Source: Escherichia coli
GTDB taxonomy: Bacteria > Pseudomonadota > Gammaproteobacteria > Enterobacterales > Enterobacteriaceae
NCBI RefSeq assembly: GCF_013315695.1
Contig: NZ_CP054353.1
Length of the DNA stretch: 64,000 nucleotides
Reading direction: 5' to 3' (one strand)
The position numbers and the translations under genes are program-made. Position 1 is the stretch's first letter; every line of letters begins with the position of its first letter. The notes under the pieces were generated by a model. It was not told where the DNA came from. It searched no databases and was given only the letters and a program-made list of their open reading frames with translations. Positions 1 to 9,164 of this stretch are shown piece by piece.

Positions 1-632
1 TGGGCACCGCAGCTGGCCCACATCCTTATCCGACCATTGTCCGTGAGTTTCAGCGAATGATTGGCGAAGAAACCAAAGCACAGATTCTGGAAAGAGAAGG
101 TCGCCTGCCGGATGCGGTTATCGCCTGTGTTGGCGGCGGTTCGAATGCCATCGGCATGTTTGCAGATTTCATCAACGAAACCGACGTCGGCCTGATTGGT
201 GTGGAGCCTGGCGGCCACGGTATCGAAACTGGCGAGCACGGCGCACCGTTAAAACATGGTCGCGTGGGCATCTATTTCGGTATGAAAGCGCCGATGATGC
301 AAACCGAAGACGGGCAAATTGAAGAGTCTTACTCCATTTCTGCCGGGCTGGATTTCCCGTCCGTCGGCCCGCAACATGCGTATCTCAACAGCACTGGACG
401 CGCTGATTACGTGTCTATTACCGACGATGAAGCCCTGGAAGCCTTTAAAACGCTTTGCCTGCATGAAGGGATCATCCCGGCGCTGGAATCCTCCCACGCC
501 CTGGCCCATGCGCTGAAAATGATGCGCGAAAATCCGGAAAAAGAGCAGCTATTGGTGGTTAACCTTTCCGGTCGCGGCGATAAAGACATCTTCACCGTTC
601 ACGATATTTTGAAAGCACGAGGGGAAATCTGA
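1..632 (+). CDS. trpB: tryptophan synthase beta chain, 3' portion (5' end outside window)
   Basis: Frame open from window edge; translated C-terminus (...[13 protein letters not shown]...NLSGRGDKD...) is TrpB-like; stop overlaps next start as TGATG. Confidence 0.9.
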
Positions 633-1438
633 TGGAACGCTACGAATCTCTGTTTGCCCGTTTGAAGGAGCGCAAAGAAGGCGCATTCGTTCCTTTCGTC
701 ACCCTCGGTGATCCGGGCATTGAGCAGTCGCTGAAAATTATCGATGCGCTAATTGAAGCCGGTGCTGACGCGCTGGAGTTAGGCATCCCCTTCTCCGACC
801 CACTGGCAGATGGCCCGACGATTCAAAACGCCACACTGCGTGCCTTTGCGGCAGGTGTGACCCCGGCGCAGTGCTTTGAGATGCTGGCACTCATTCGCCA
901 GAAACACCCGACCATTCCCATTGGCCTGCTGATGTATGCCAACCTGGTGTTTAACAAAGGCATTGATGAGTTTTATGCCCAGTGCGAAAAAGTCGGCGTC
1001 GATTCGGTGCTGGTTGCCGATGTGCCCGTGGAAGAGTCCGCGCCCTTCCGCCAGGCCGCGTTGCGTCATAATGTCGCACCTATCTTTATCTGCCCGCCAA
1101 ATGCCGATGACGACCTGCTGCGCCAGATAGCCTCTTACGGTCGTGGTTACACCTATTTATTGTCGCGTGCGGGCGTGACCGGCGCAGAAAACCGCGCCGC
1201 GTTACCCCTCAATCATCTGGTCACGAAGCTGAAAGAATACAATGCTGCGCCTCCATTGCAGGGATTTGGTATTTCCGCCCCGGATCAGGTAAAAGCAGCG
1301 ATTGATGCAGGAGCTGCGGGCGCGATTTCTGGTTCGGCCATCGTTAAAATCATCGAGCAACATATTAATGAGCCAGAGAAAATGCTGGCGGCACTGAAAG
1401 CTTTTGTACAACCGATGAAAGCGGCGACGCGCAGTTAA
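632..1438 (+). CDS. trpA: tryptophan synthase alpha chain
   Basis: 268-aa [32 protein letters not shown]...; start overlaps trpB stop. Confidence 0.95.
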   Translation: MERYESLFARLKERKEGAFVPFVTLGDPGIEQSLKIIDALIEAGADALELGIPFSDPLADGPTIQNATLRAFAAGVTPAQCFEMLALIRQKHPTIPIGLLMYANLVFNKGIDEFYAQCEKVGVDSVLVADVPVEESAPFRQAALRHNVAPIFICPPNADDDLLRQIASYGRGYTYLLSRAGVTGAENRAALPLNHLVTKLKEYNAAPPLQGFGISAPDQVKAAIDAGAAGAISGSAIVKIIEQHINEPEKMLAALKAFVQPMKAATRS

Positions 1439-1445
1439 TCCCACA

Positions 1446-1472
1446 GCCGCCAGTTCCGCTGGCGGCATTTTT
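1446..1472 (+). terminator. intrinsic terminator after trpA (trp t)
   Basis: Stem GCCGCCAG/CTGGCGGC with 5-nt loop followed by a T-run, directly after the trpA stop. Confidence 0.7.
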
Positions 1473-1818
1473 ACTTTCTTTAACGAAGCCGGAAAAATCC
1501 TAAATTCATTTATTATTTATCTTTTTACCGTTTCGCTTACCCCTGTCGAACGTCAACTTACGTCTTTTTTCCGCCCAACAGTAATATAATCAAACAAATT
1601 AATCCCGCAACATAACACCAGTAAAGTCAATAATTTTCTCTAAGTCACTTATTCCTCAGGCAATTGTTAATATATCCAGAATGTTCCTCAAAATATATTT
1701 TTCCTCTTTTTTCTCGTTACGCTTAATTTGACTAATTCTCATTTGCGACTAATTTTAATGAGTGTCGACACACAACACTCATATTAATCAAACAATGCAG
1801 CGCAACGGGAGAAATAAC

Positions 1819-1998
1819 ATGGCCGAACATCGTGGTGGTTCAGGAAATTTCGCCGAAGACCGTGAGAAGGCATCCGACGCAGGCCGTAAAGGCGGTCAGC
1901 ATAGCGGCGGTAATTTTAAAAATGATCCGCAACGCGCATCTGAAGCAGGTAAAAAATGCGGTCAACAAAGCGGTGGTAATAAATCAGGAAAATCCTGA
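1819..1998 (+). CDS. yciG: small KGG-repeat stress protein
   Basis: 59-aa product MAEHRGGSGNFAEDREKASDAGRKGGQHSGGNF...; GGGAG 8 nt upstream; the ORF-track ORF starts earlier at 1762. Confidence 0.8.
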   Translation: MAEHRGGSGNFAEDREKASDAGRKGGQHSGGNFKNDPQRASEAGKKCGQQSGGNKSGKS

Positions 1999-2083
1999 TT
2001 CACCGTTCATTATTAATATCAGCTGATAAAGATAATTGCATCTGCGGGCCGTATGGCTCGCAGTGATTTCACTGGAGAAAAAT

Positions 2084-2584
2084 ATGAATATGAAGACCAT
2101 TGAAGATGTATTTATTCACCTGCTTTCAGACACCTACAGTGCAGAAAAACAATTAACACGTGCACTGGCAAAACTCGCTAGAGCAACATCAAACGAAAAA
2201 TTAAGTCAGGCTTTTCATGCGCACCTCGAGGAAACACATGGACAGATTGAACGTATTGATCAAGTTGTGGAATCAGAATCGAATCTGAAAATTAAGCGCA
2301 TGAAATGTGTGGCAATGGAAGGTCTTATTGAAGAAGCTAATGAGGTCATCGAAAGTACCGAGAAAAACGAAGTGCGTGATGCCGCACTGATTGCCGCAGC
2401 ACAGAAAGTCGAGCATTATGAGATTGCCAGTTACGGGACATTAGCGACGCTGGCTGAACAATTAGGTTACCGTAAAGCAGCTAAGCTTCTGAAAGAAACT
2501 CTTGAAGAAGAAAAGGCCACCGACATCAAACTAACTGATCTGGCCCTTAATAACGTAAATAAGAAAGCCGAAAATAAAGCCTGA
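2084..2584 (+). CDS. yciF: ferritin-like stress protein YciF
   Basis: 166-aa product from MNMKTIEDVFIHLLSDTYSAEKQ...; ORF-track ORF extends upstream to 2036. Confidence 0.85.
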   Translation: MNMKTIEDVFIHLLSDTYSAEKQLTRALAKLARATSNEKLSQAFHAHLEETHGQIERIDQVVESESNLKIKRMKCVAMEGLIEEANEVIESTEKNEVRDAALIAAAQKVEHYEIASYGTLATLAEQLGYRKAAKLLKETLEEEKATDIKLTDLALNNVNKKAENKA

Positions 2585-2629
2585 AATATGAACTTTAACT
2601 TTTAGTCATTTTATAAAGAGGACATTTTC

Positions 2630-2921
2630 ATGAATCGTATTGAACATTATCATGACTGGTTACGTGACGCCCACGCAATGGAAAAGCAAGCCGAATCTAT
2701 GCTTTAATCCATGGCCAGCCGTATAGATAATTATCCTGAACTACGCGCTCGTATTGAACAACATCTTAGTGAAACCAAAAACCGATTGTTCAACTGGAAA
2801 CTATTCTTGATCGTAATGACATTTCACGTTCAGTCATTAAAGATTCCATGAGTAAAATGGCTGCGCTTGGGCAGTCAATCGGTGGTATATTTCCTTCTGA
2901 TGAAATAGTCAAAGGCTCTAT
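2630..2921 (+). pseudogene. yciE: yciE remnant: in-frame stop, -1 frameshift and truncation by IS1
   Basis: ATG at 2630 gives MNRIEHYHDWLRDAHAMEKQAESML then TAA at 2705-2707; same frame continues SMASRIDNYPELRARIEQHLSETKN; homologous reading resumes in another frame (VQLETILDRNDISRSVIKDSMSKMAALGQSIGGIFPSDEIVKGS) and runs into the IS1 end at 2922. Confidence 0.7.
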
Positions 2922-2976
2922 GGTGATGCTGCCAACTTACTGATTTAGTGTATGATGGTGTTTTTGAGGTGCTCCA

Positions 2977-3252
2977 GTGGCTTCTGTTTCTATCAGCTGT
3001 CCCTCCTGTTCAGCTACTGACGGGGTGGTGCGTAACGGCAAAAGCACCGCCGGACATCAGCGCTATCTCTGCTCTCACTGCCGTAAAACATGGCAACTGC
3101 AGTTCACTTACACCGCTTCTCAACCCGGTACGCACCAGAAAATCATTGATATGGCCATGAATGGCGTTGGATGCCGGGCAACAGCCCGCATTATGGGCGT
3201 TGGCCTCAACACGATTTTACGTCACTTAAAAAACTCAGGCCGCAGTCGGTAA
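2977..3252 (+). CDS. insA: IS1 InsA
   Basis: 91-aa product [39 protein letters not shown]... Confidence 0.95.
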
Positions 3253-3674
3253 CCTCGCGCATACAGCCGGGCAGTGACGTCATCGTCTGCGCGGAAATGG
3301 ACGAACAGTGGGGCTATGTCGGGGCTAAATCGCGCCAGCGCTGGCTGTTTTACGCGTATGACAGGCTCCGGAAGACGGTTGTTGCGCACGTATTCGGTGA
3401 ACGCACTATGGCGACGCTGGGGCGTCTTATGAGCCTGCTGTCACCCTTTGACGTGGTGATATGGATGACGGATGGCTGGCCGCTGTATGAATCCCGCCTG
3501 AAGGGAAAGCTGCACGTAATCAGCAAGCGATATACGCAGCGAATTGAGCGGCATAACCTGAATCTGAGGCAGCACCTGGCACGGCTGGGACGGAAGTCGC
3601 TGTCGTTCTCAAAATCGGTGGAGCTGCATGACAAAGTCATCGGGCATTATCTGAACATAAAACACTATCAATAA
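3171..3674 (+). CDS. insB: IS1 InsB frame (expressed as InsAB' by -1 frameshifting)
   Basis: 167-aa frame overlapping the insA 3' end; sequence typical of IS1 transposase. Confidence 0.9.
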
Positions 3675-3888
3675 GTTGGAGTCATTACCGTGATAAACAT
3701 CCGGTTTCTTCCACCATCGCACCGGACAGGCGACTATGAGGGGACAACGCCGCGCTCCGTTAACGCGGTAAACCCCGGTGTGTATCGTTTTTGATTATCC
3801 CCGCACACTCGCGCAGAGGAGTCTCCCTGTCGGGCTGCGGTCTCTGTTAATGAGGGAATACAGCGACGATACGGCGCATCAACAAAAC

Positions 3889-4356
3889 TTATTTCAGGCA
3901 CTGAGTACGGATATATTCCTGCGCCCCTTCCAGTTGCTTCTGCATCGTCATCAGCCGCTCTCTGAGGGTGAAATAATCCCGTGTAACGGTGTCTGCCAGT
4001 TGGGGGCCGGTTGCATTATCCACGCGGGCGGTGCCGGTGGCTTCACGCACGGGACCTGGACAGGTGGCGTTGATACGCAGGCGCTTACGACCAGCGGCAA
4101 CGTCAGCGCGAAGAGTTTCATTTTCAGCTTTCGCATCAGCTAACTCCTTCGTGTATTTTGCATCGAGCGCAGCAACATCACGCTGACGCATCTGCATGTC
4201 AGTAATTGCCGCGTTCGCCAGCTTCAGTTCTCTGACATTTTTGTCGCGCTGGGCTTTGTAGGTAATGGCGTTATCACGGTAATGATTCAGCCCCAGACTA
4301 AGCGCACCACAGGCCACCAGCAGGGCAATGATGACCACGCACAGTACGCGGTTCAT
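3889..4356 (-). CDS. Rz i-spanin
   Basis: 155-aa product with N-terminal TM segment ([16 protein letters not shown]) and coiled-coil-like periplasmic part; contains an embedded Rz1 frame. Confidence 0.85.
   Translation of the reverse strand: MNRVLCVVIIALLVACGALSLGLNHYRDNAITYKAQRDKNVRELKLANAAITDMQMRQRDVAALDAKYTKELADAKAENETLRADVAAGRKRLRINATCPGPVREATGTARVDNATGPQLADTVTRDYFTLRERLMTMQKQLEGAQEYIRTQCLK
3951..4136 (-). CDS. Rz1 o-spanin lipoprotein, embedded in Rz in another frame
   Basis: 61-aa frame with signal peptide plus lipobox-like LVVSAC and a proline-rich mature part. Confidence 0.7.
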   Translation of the reverse strand: MRKLKMKLFALTLPLVVSACVSTPPVQVPCVKPPAPPAWIMQPAPNWQTPLHGIISPSESG

Positions 4357-4357
4357 T

Positions 4358-4456
4358 TCACCACCAGCGTATCTGACCGATGAAATAACCGGAGGCCATA
4401 ATCACAAACACCAGCCAGATAAGAATGAACTTCCAGGTGGATAATTTTTCAGCCAT
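4358..4456 (-). CDS. putative 32-aa single-TM peptide, translationally coupled to Rz
   Basis: ATG preceded by GGGAG at 9-nt spacing; product [32 protein letters not shown]; its TGA lies 1 nt before the Rz ATG. Confidence 0.35.
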   Translation of the reverse strand: MAEKLSTWKFILIWLVFVIMASGYFIGQIRWW

Positions 4457-4654
4457 CACTCGAATCTCCCGAATCAGTTTGCTAAAATCAAACACACTTT
4501 CTCCTTTGACTTTTCCGGAGTCAGGAAACACAAAACCCCGCTTGGTGCCAACAAACGGGGTTTTTACTTTTATTCACTTACGTTTCGCCAGTTCGCAGGA
4601 TTTCGTGTTATCCGCCCGCGTGGCCATGCCTTATTTTTCAGCAAAATATTCTGC

Positions 4655-5188
4655 TTATCTGTCGATTCCCCAGCACGCCAGCGCGCTCTCCTGGTCACGA
4701 CGGGATACCTGACCATAACAGTTGTTTGAGCGGATACGGCAGTCTCTGCCACCGTCCTTAATCCACCAGCGAATCGCCTCACACGCTCCCCTGCGATCAC
4801 CTGCATTAATTCGTTTATAAAACGTCGACGGGAAACACTTACCGGGACCAATGTTGTACGGACAGAATGACGCGATCCCCGCTTTCTGGGGTTCACTCAA
4901 TGGCACTCTGATGTTTTTCTCCACCCATGCCAGCGCCTCATCACGCTCAATGGCGTTAACCCGGTCGCATTTTTCCTTCGACAACTTCATGCCCGGAACG
5001 ACAGGTTTGCCATCCACCAGGATGGCACCGCGGCAGATGGTCCAGATACCCGCACCATCACGGTATGCCGTGGTGTGGTTACCTTCCTTTTCATCCAGAA
5101 ACTGGTCGAGAATGTCAGGCGCAGGCGCACCAGCGGCAATCAGCGCCAGAACGGCAGCCGACAGGCCGTATCTGATTTTTGCGTTCAT
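4655..5188 (-). CDS. SAR endolysin (phage lysozyme, T4-lysozyme family)
   Basis: 177-aa product; N-terminal weakly hydrophobic signal-anchor-release segment (YGLSAAVLALIAAGAPAP) followed by a lysozyme-like domain. Confidence 0.85.
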   Translation of the reverse strand: MNAKIRYGLSAAVLALIAAGAPAPDILDQFLDEKEGNHTTAYRDGAGIWTICRGAILVDGKPVVPGMKLSKEKCDRVNAIERDEALAWVEKNIRVPLSEPQKAGIASFCPYNIGPGKCFPSTFYKRINAGDRRGACEAIRWWIKDGGRDCRIRSNNCYGQVSRRDQESALACWGIDR

Positions 5189-5293
5189 GGATATTTATCA
5201 GGATTTATCGGTTTCTGAGCCCTGGATATGTTTATCAGTTCCAGCCTGTTGCCTCAGGCTGCTAACAGGTCAATACAATCATGAGGATTATTT

Positions 5294-5566
5294 ATGGACA
5301 ATAACACCATTTCTCTACAGGAGTTGCTCGACAGCATTTCCAGGCTTCGGGAAGACGTGAATACCCTTACCGTCGCCTTCTCATATCTGGCATTCTCAAT
5401 TCCAAGGGAACAGATGCAATCAACGCTGGCATCAATCCAGTTTGAATCATGCAATCCCAAATGGTCTCAGGAACAACAAGACTCTTTCAGGCGGCTTGCT
5501 GTATTACTGGATGAAAAATATGCTGGTAAAATTACCATTTCGGCGGACTCTTCAGAGAACCCGTAA
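5294..5566 (+). CDS. hypothetical protein (90 aa), opposite strand to the lysis genes
   Basis: ATG with GAGGA 6 nt upstream; no recognised domain; 3' end overlaps the convergent 114-aa ORF by 35 bp. Confidence 0.4.
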   Translation: MDNNTISLQELLDSISRLREDVNTLTVAFSYLAFSIPREQMQSTLASIQFESCNPKWSQEQQDSFRRLAVLLDEKYAGKITISADSSENP

Positions 5567-5876
5567 TTATTCCCGGTAGTTTTCCTCTGTAGGTTATCAA
5601 CACATCCTGCGCCTCTAAAATTACGGGGCGCTTTTCCGGCGACTGCTCATCCCCTTCACATAACCCGGCAGCAACATCCAGGAAGACCTGTCTGATGCTC
5701 CTTCTGGCTGCTGCCTCATAAAACTCCAGCGCGGCACCTTCAACACGGTCCAGCGAGATGTCCAGGTCAAAAATTTCACCGTCAAAGCGTTTTTTGTCCC
5801 GTAACGCTAAAGTTACCGTAACTTTATTCTCAAAATTGCGGATCCCTTTCACAATCAGTTCATAGTTTTGAGTCAT
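5532..5876 (-). CDS. hypothetical protein (114 aa) immediately downstream of the holin
   Basis: ATG 4 nt after the holin stop with GGGGAGAG as SD; soluble-looking product MTQNYELIVKGIRNFENKV...; no recognised domain. Confidence 0.55.
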   Translation of the reverse strand: MTQNYELIVKGIRNFENKVTVTLALRDKKRFDGEIFDLDISLDRVEGAALEFYEAAARRSIRQVFLDVAAGLCEGDEQSPEKRPVILEAQDVLITYRGKLPGIITGSLKSPPKW

Positions 5877-5880
5877 TGAA

Positions 5881-6096
5881 TTACTCTCCCCGTGCAGCCT
5901 TACGACGGTCCTCTCTGATTTTGAAATACAGGTTAGTCAGATATGTCAGCAGCCCAAACAGCAGACTCCCCAGCACGCCTATTGCCGCCCACTGAGACGG
6001 GGAAACCCTGTCCAGCAACTGCAGGAACCAGTAGCCCGTTCCCACCGCTGACGTGGTGTATGACACACCTGTTGTGATTTTTTCCATCTGGTACAT
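5881..6096 (-). CDS. class II pinholin, phage-21 S-like, dual start (71-aa and 68-aa forms)
   Basis: [13 protein letters not shown]... with two in-frame Met codons 3 codons apart (starts at 6096 and 6087); two TM segments; C-terminus ...[14 protein letters not shown]; ORF-track ORF extends to 6174. Confidence 0.8.
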   Translation of the reverse strand: MYQMEKITTGVSYTTSAVGTGYWFLQLLDRVSPSQWAAIGVLGSLLFGLLTYLTNLYFKIREDRRKAARGE

Positions 6097-6131
6097 ACCC
6101 CGTCTCCCGTTATCCGGAAGCTGACAACAAT

Positions 6132-6162
6132 AAAAAAAGCCACCAGTTAAGTACTGATGGCT
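6132..6162 (-). terminator. intrinsic terminator between esterase and holin
   Basis: On the minus strand, a 10-bp stem (one mismatch) followed by TTTTTTTATT. Confidence 0.45.
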
Positions 6163-6246
6163 CTGATAACTCATGCAGGCATCTCAGACGACCCACTGAC
6201 ACTACCGGTGAGTTTAACGATACCTTCCATTTGGCTGGCTCACTTT

Positions 6247-8100
6247 TTATGATGATGCCGGTGCATTTATCTCCAGCACCAGACTTTCTATCTCAACGCC
6301 ATACGCTGCATTTTTGGTAATATCCGTCAGCGTCAGCGCATTCAGCCCCAGTGTCAGACTGTCTTTTATGACCTGGAATGCCGGGCCAGCCACTCCATTC
6401 AGTTTCGGAGTAACCGTGGCACTGCCGGCGGTGAACACCAGCTCCAGCGTCTGCCAGTCGTTACTGTAATTCCCGAACTCGCCCAACTTTGTGTTTCCTG
6501 CTTTCTTGTGATGCATCAGATTCAGTTTGCCGTCTGTGGTCTGGGTGAAGAACGACATCAGGAACGGGTTACCAGTCCCGGTCATCGCCACGACGTCAGG
6601 TAACGCTACATCGGTATACAGATAAATTCCCAGACCGAACTGGTTGTTGGTCAGTGCGCCTGACAGTCGAAACTTACAGCTCAGTCTGCCACCCCGTGTC
6701 AGCAGGGAGACTGCGTCATCCACCGGGCGCGTCAGGGACCAGGCTTTATTGCTCTGCTTGGTGATCTTAAATACACCATCTGACAACTGAATTCCGCCAT
6801 TCTTAATGCTCCAGCCCTGCGCAGCAGCGTCTCCGGCTGTCGGCAACAGGGAGATTGTGCGTATGGATGCATCTTCAGACGGCCCCGATGGCGTGTCGCC
6901 GCCGGGCGAGGGTTTGATTTCCGGTGCCTTACCACTAATGAAGGCTAAGGTGCGACCGGCTACGTTCAGAATAGCAGTTGCCATACGATCGGGAATAATG
7001 CCACGACGCGCCCATGAGCTGAAATGCGTCGGGCGATTTGATGATACCCAGTTTTTGTTCGTTCGGGATGCCGAACCGTAATAACCAGACCCGGCAATAT
7101 CAGGATCTTCTGACGGGTTGTTTGTCGGTGTATTAACTCCGCTACCATCGGTCATAAAGGGAACAAAATAAATCTGCTGGGATTCTTTACCTTTATATGC
7201 ACCATATACCACTTCATATTGCGTACCGTGTTCTTGTTTCCACGCGTATGTCGTGTCGCCACAAATCCAGGGGACTGATGCCGGACTTCCACCGTGACAC
7301 TGCGCCGCCAGCCCGGCAAGGTCAGCACGGAACTGCTGTACCATTGCAAGAAATGCTGCTGGCTGCTGGGCGTAACTGGCATTCGTCATATCGAATTCCC
7401 CCTGCATCCAGCATATCGCCAGCAAAACGTTTTTCGGGTTTTTCTGCAATGCTGCCTTCGTGCGGAAAAGCAGATCCTGATATAACGGCTTACCCACTCC
7501 CCAGCGAGCCGAATCCTGACTGGCTCCCGTGGACTCGCTGAATGTCCCCTCCGTGCCCTGGGTGAATGCCGAACCACCACGACAGCATGGTACCAGCAGG
7601 ATCCCCGCATTATTAGGGATATACGGAAGCAGTTTTTTGGCAATATGTAAGCCCTGTCCGACACAGCCGTACTGCCCTTTGCTCAGGTCAGCCCGGGGAT
7701 GGTTAATCGTACTCATATCCTGAACATCATGCAGACAATGGTCAGCAGGAATGATGTCGTTAAATACGCATACTTCACCACCGGGAGTCACTGTGTTACG
7801 ACGGGCCAGTTGCTTAATGCGCGGATGGGGCGCATCGTATGAATCCGGAAGCGGAAGCCCTTCACCGTAAGCCATGGCATTGGATTGCCCGGCCAGTACG
7901 ATGACGTAGTACCACTCCGGCTCAGTTGCACCACTGACGACCACATCACCTTCTGCTGCAATCGCCTGCATCAGGGTATAAGGGGTTATGGCCACCGGAC
8001 TACCAAACGGCTGCCAGCCCTCCTTCAGTTTTTGTGTCAGTCGTTTCGCAAGGTCTGACGGCGATGCCGCCCTGACCACGTCATAGTGTTTAAATGCCAT
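6247..8100 (-). CDS. prophage sialate O-acetylesterase-like SGNH hydrolase (NanS-p-like)
   Basis: 617-aa product; LAGQSNAMAYGEG block typical of SASA/SGNH esterases; GGGAGGA SD 5 nt upstream; position between tRNA genes and holin as in Stx-type lambdoid phages. Confidence 0.65.
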   Translation of the reverse strand: MAFKHYDVVRAASPSDLAKRLTQKLKEGWQPFGSPVAITPYTLMQAIAAEGDVVVSGATEPEWYYVIVLAGQSNAMAYGEGLPLPDSYDAPHPRIKQLARRNTVTPGGEVCVFNDIIPADHCLHDVQDMSTINHPRADLSKGQYGCVGQGLHIAKKLLPYIPNNAGILLVPCCRGGSAFTQGTEGTFSESTGASQDSARWGVGKPLYQDLLFRTKAALQKNPKNVLLAICWMQGEFDMTNASYAQQPAAFLAMVQQFRADLAGLAAQCHGGSPASVPWICGDTTYAWKQEHGTQYEVVYGAYKGKESQQIYFVPFMTDGSGVNTPTNNPSEDPDIAGSGYYGSASRTNKNWVSSNRPTHFSSWARRGIIPDRMATAILNVAGRTLAFISGKAPEIKPSPGGDTPSGPSEDASIRTISLLPTAGDAAAQGWSIKNGGIQLSDGVFKITKQSNKAWSLTRPVDDAVSLLTRGGRLSCKFRLSGALTNNQFGLGIYLYTDVALPDVVAMTGTGNPFLMSFFTQTTDGKLNLMHHKKAGNTKLGEFGNYSNDWQTLELVFTAGSATVTPKLNGVAGPAFQVIKDSLTLGLNALTLTDITKNAAYGVEIESLVLEINAPASS

Positions 8101-8294
8101 GAATCCTCCCGGGCGGGATAATGTTGTGAGTCAGATAAGGAGCAGGCTGAAGTCCGGAAGTTACAGGACAATGGCAGAAGGGAGACTACAGCCCGCAATT
8201 CGAAAAAGACCGCGCAGTTGCGCAGAGTGATTACTATGGGGTATTATTCGCCAGCTGAAATATTACTTCACGTTTTATTGTTTATTCCTTGCCG

Positions 8295-8322
8295 CCCGCG
8301 TCTCCCAGCGCGGGCTTTTTTT
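8295..8322 (+). terminator. plus-strand intrinsic terminator
   Basis: CCCGCG-loop-CGCGGG hairpin followed by a T7 run. Confidence 0.4.
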
Positions 8323-8325
8323 GTC

Positions 8326-8562
8326 CATAAGAAAGCCCCTCCGGAGAGGGGCTAAAGCCGCGTATCTGTATCATCATGCACATGGTGCCGGGTGCCTCCC
8401 GGTGAGTTCAGCCCGGTGCCACTAAACCCGCGTCATTCTCGTTTTGATAATCAGAGATTATACCGTCACCAGTCGCCCCTCCGCTCAGGGGGATTCACCA
8501 TGCGAAATTTTTTTAACAAATGCCCAGTCTGACAGGCAACTGTCAACTTACTGAATTGTGAG
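8326..8562. repeat. direct repeat copy A (about 237 bp) in the late operon
   Basis: Shares with copy B the blocks AAAGCCCCTCCGGAGAGGGGCT, CATGGTGCCGGGTGCCTCCCGGTGA, GCCCCTCCGC-CAGGGGGATTCACCATGC, TTTTAACAAA and CTGAATTGTGAG. Confidence 0.6.
8335..8352 (-). terminator. hairpin GCCCCTC-CGGA-GAGGGGC with downstream U-rich tract on the minus strand (repeat A)
   Basis: Perfect 7-bp GC stem; in minus orientation followed by TTTCTT. Confidence 0.45.
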
Positions 8563-8812
8563 CAACATAGCATTTAACGGGGAACCTGTTTTCTGCAGTA
8601 AAAAGGCCCACCGGAGCGGATGGGCCTGGAAGGATAGCGGTCATGTGATGCCGGTTTCCCGGTAACTCAGCACCGGTATCTGAGTCAACGTTTTCTCTAC
8701 TGGGTCATTTCCGATACGCCCTGCCTGCTGACAGGCTTTCATCACATCTGAAAATATAGCACCCTGACTGATACTGTAGTACCTAAGGTTCCAGAAACTG
8801 TGATGTATCCGG

Positions 8813-9038
8813 CACAGAAAAGCCCCTCCGGAGAGGGGCTGGAGAGTGGCGCTATGTGCCATTGCATGGTGCCGGGTGCCTCCCGGTGAATTCAGTACCA
8901 GCACCTGAATCCGCGATTATCCCATATACCTACTCGCTGATTGCCCCTCCGCACAGGGGGATTCACCATGCCAGTTTCTTTTAACAAACTCCCCGCAAAC
9001 CAGACAACAGTCAACCGCCTGAATTGTGAGACATTTAA
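8813..9038. repeat. direct repeat copy B
   Basis: Imperfect copy of repeat A about 480 bp away. Confidence 0.6.
8822..8839 (-). terminator. hairpin GCCCCTC-CGGA-GAGGGGC with downstream U-rich tract on the minus strand (repeat B)
   Basis: Same hairpin as copy A; in minus orientation followed by TTTTCT. Confidence 0.45.
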
Positions 9039-9074
9039 AAAAAGCCCGCAAAAGCGAGCCAGGGAAAATAAGTG

Positions 9075-9151
9075 TGGCGCGTTGTACTGGATTCGAACCA
9101 GTGACCGATTGCTTAGAAGGCAATTGCTCTGTCCGGCTGAGCTAACAACGC
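9075..9151 (-). tRNA. tRNA-Arg (anticodon UCU)
   Basis: Manual fold of the reverse complement: acceptor GCGTTGT/ACAACGC, D-arm GCTC/GAGC, anticodon stem ATTGC/GCAAT with loop CTTCTAA, T-arm ACTGG-TTCGAAT-CCAGT, discriminator G, CCA encoded. Confidence 0.8.
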
Positions 9152-9164
9152 AGGATACAGATAA

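Larger units (their letters stand above)
2922..3689 (+). mobile_element. IS1 insertion sequence (768 bp)
   Basis: Terminal inverted repeats GGTGATGCTGCCAACTTACTGAT (2922-2944) and its complement ending ...GTTGGAGTCATTACC (3689); contains insA and insB; 9-bp flanks differ (AGGCTCTAT vs GTGATAAAC). Confidence 0.95.

Noticed and set aside
3778-4143. 121-aa plus-strand ORF overlapping Rz/Rz1
   Set aside because: Antisense to the spanin genes, whose Rz/Rz1 nested architecture is well supported.
8100-9074. Shiga toxin or other toxin cargo between the tRNAs and the esterase
   Set aside because: No ORF of appropriate size in any frame; the slot contains only the tandem repeats and hairpins.
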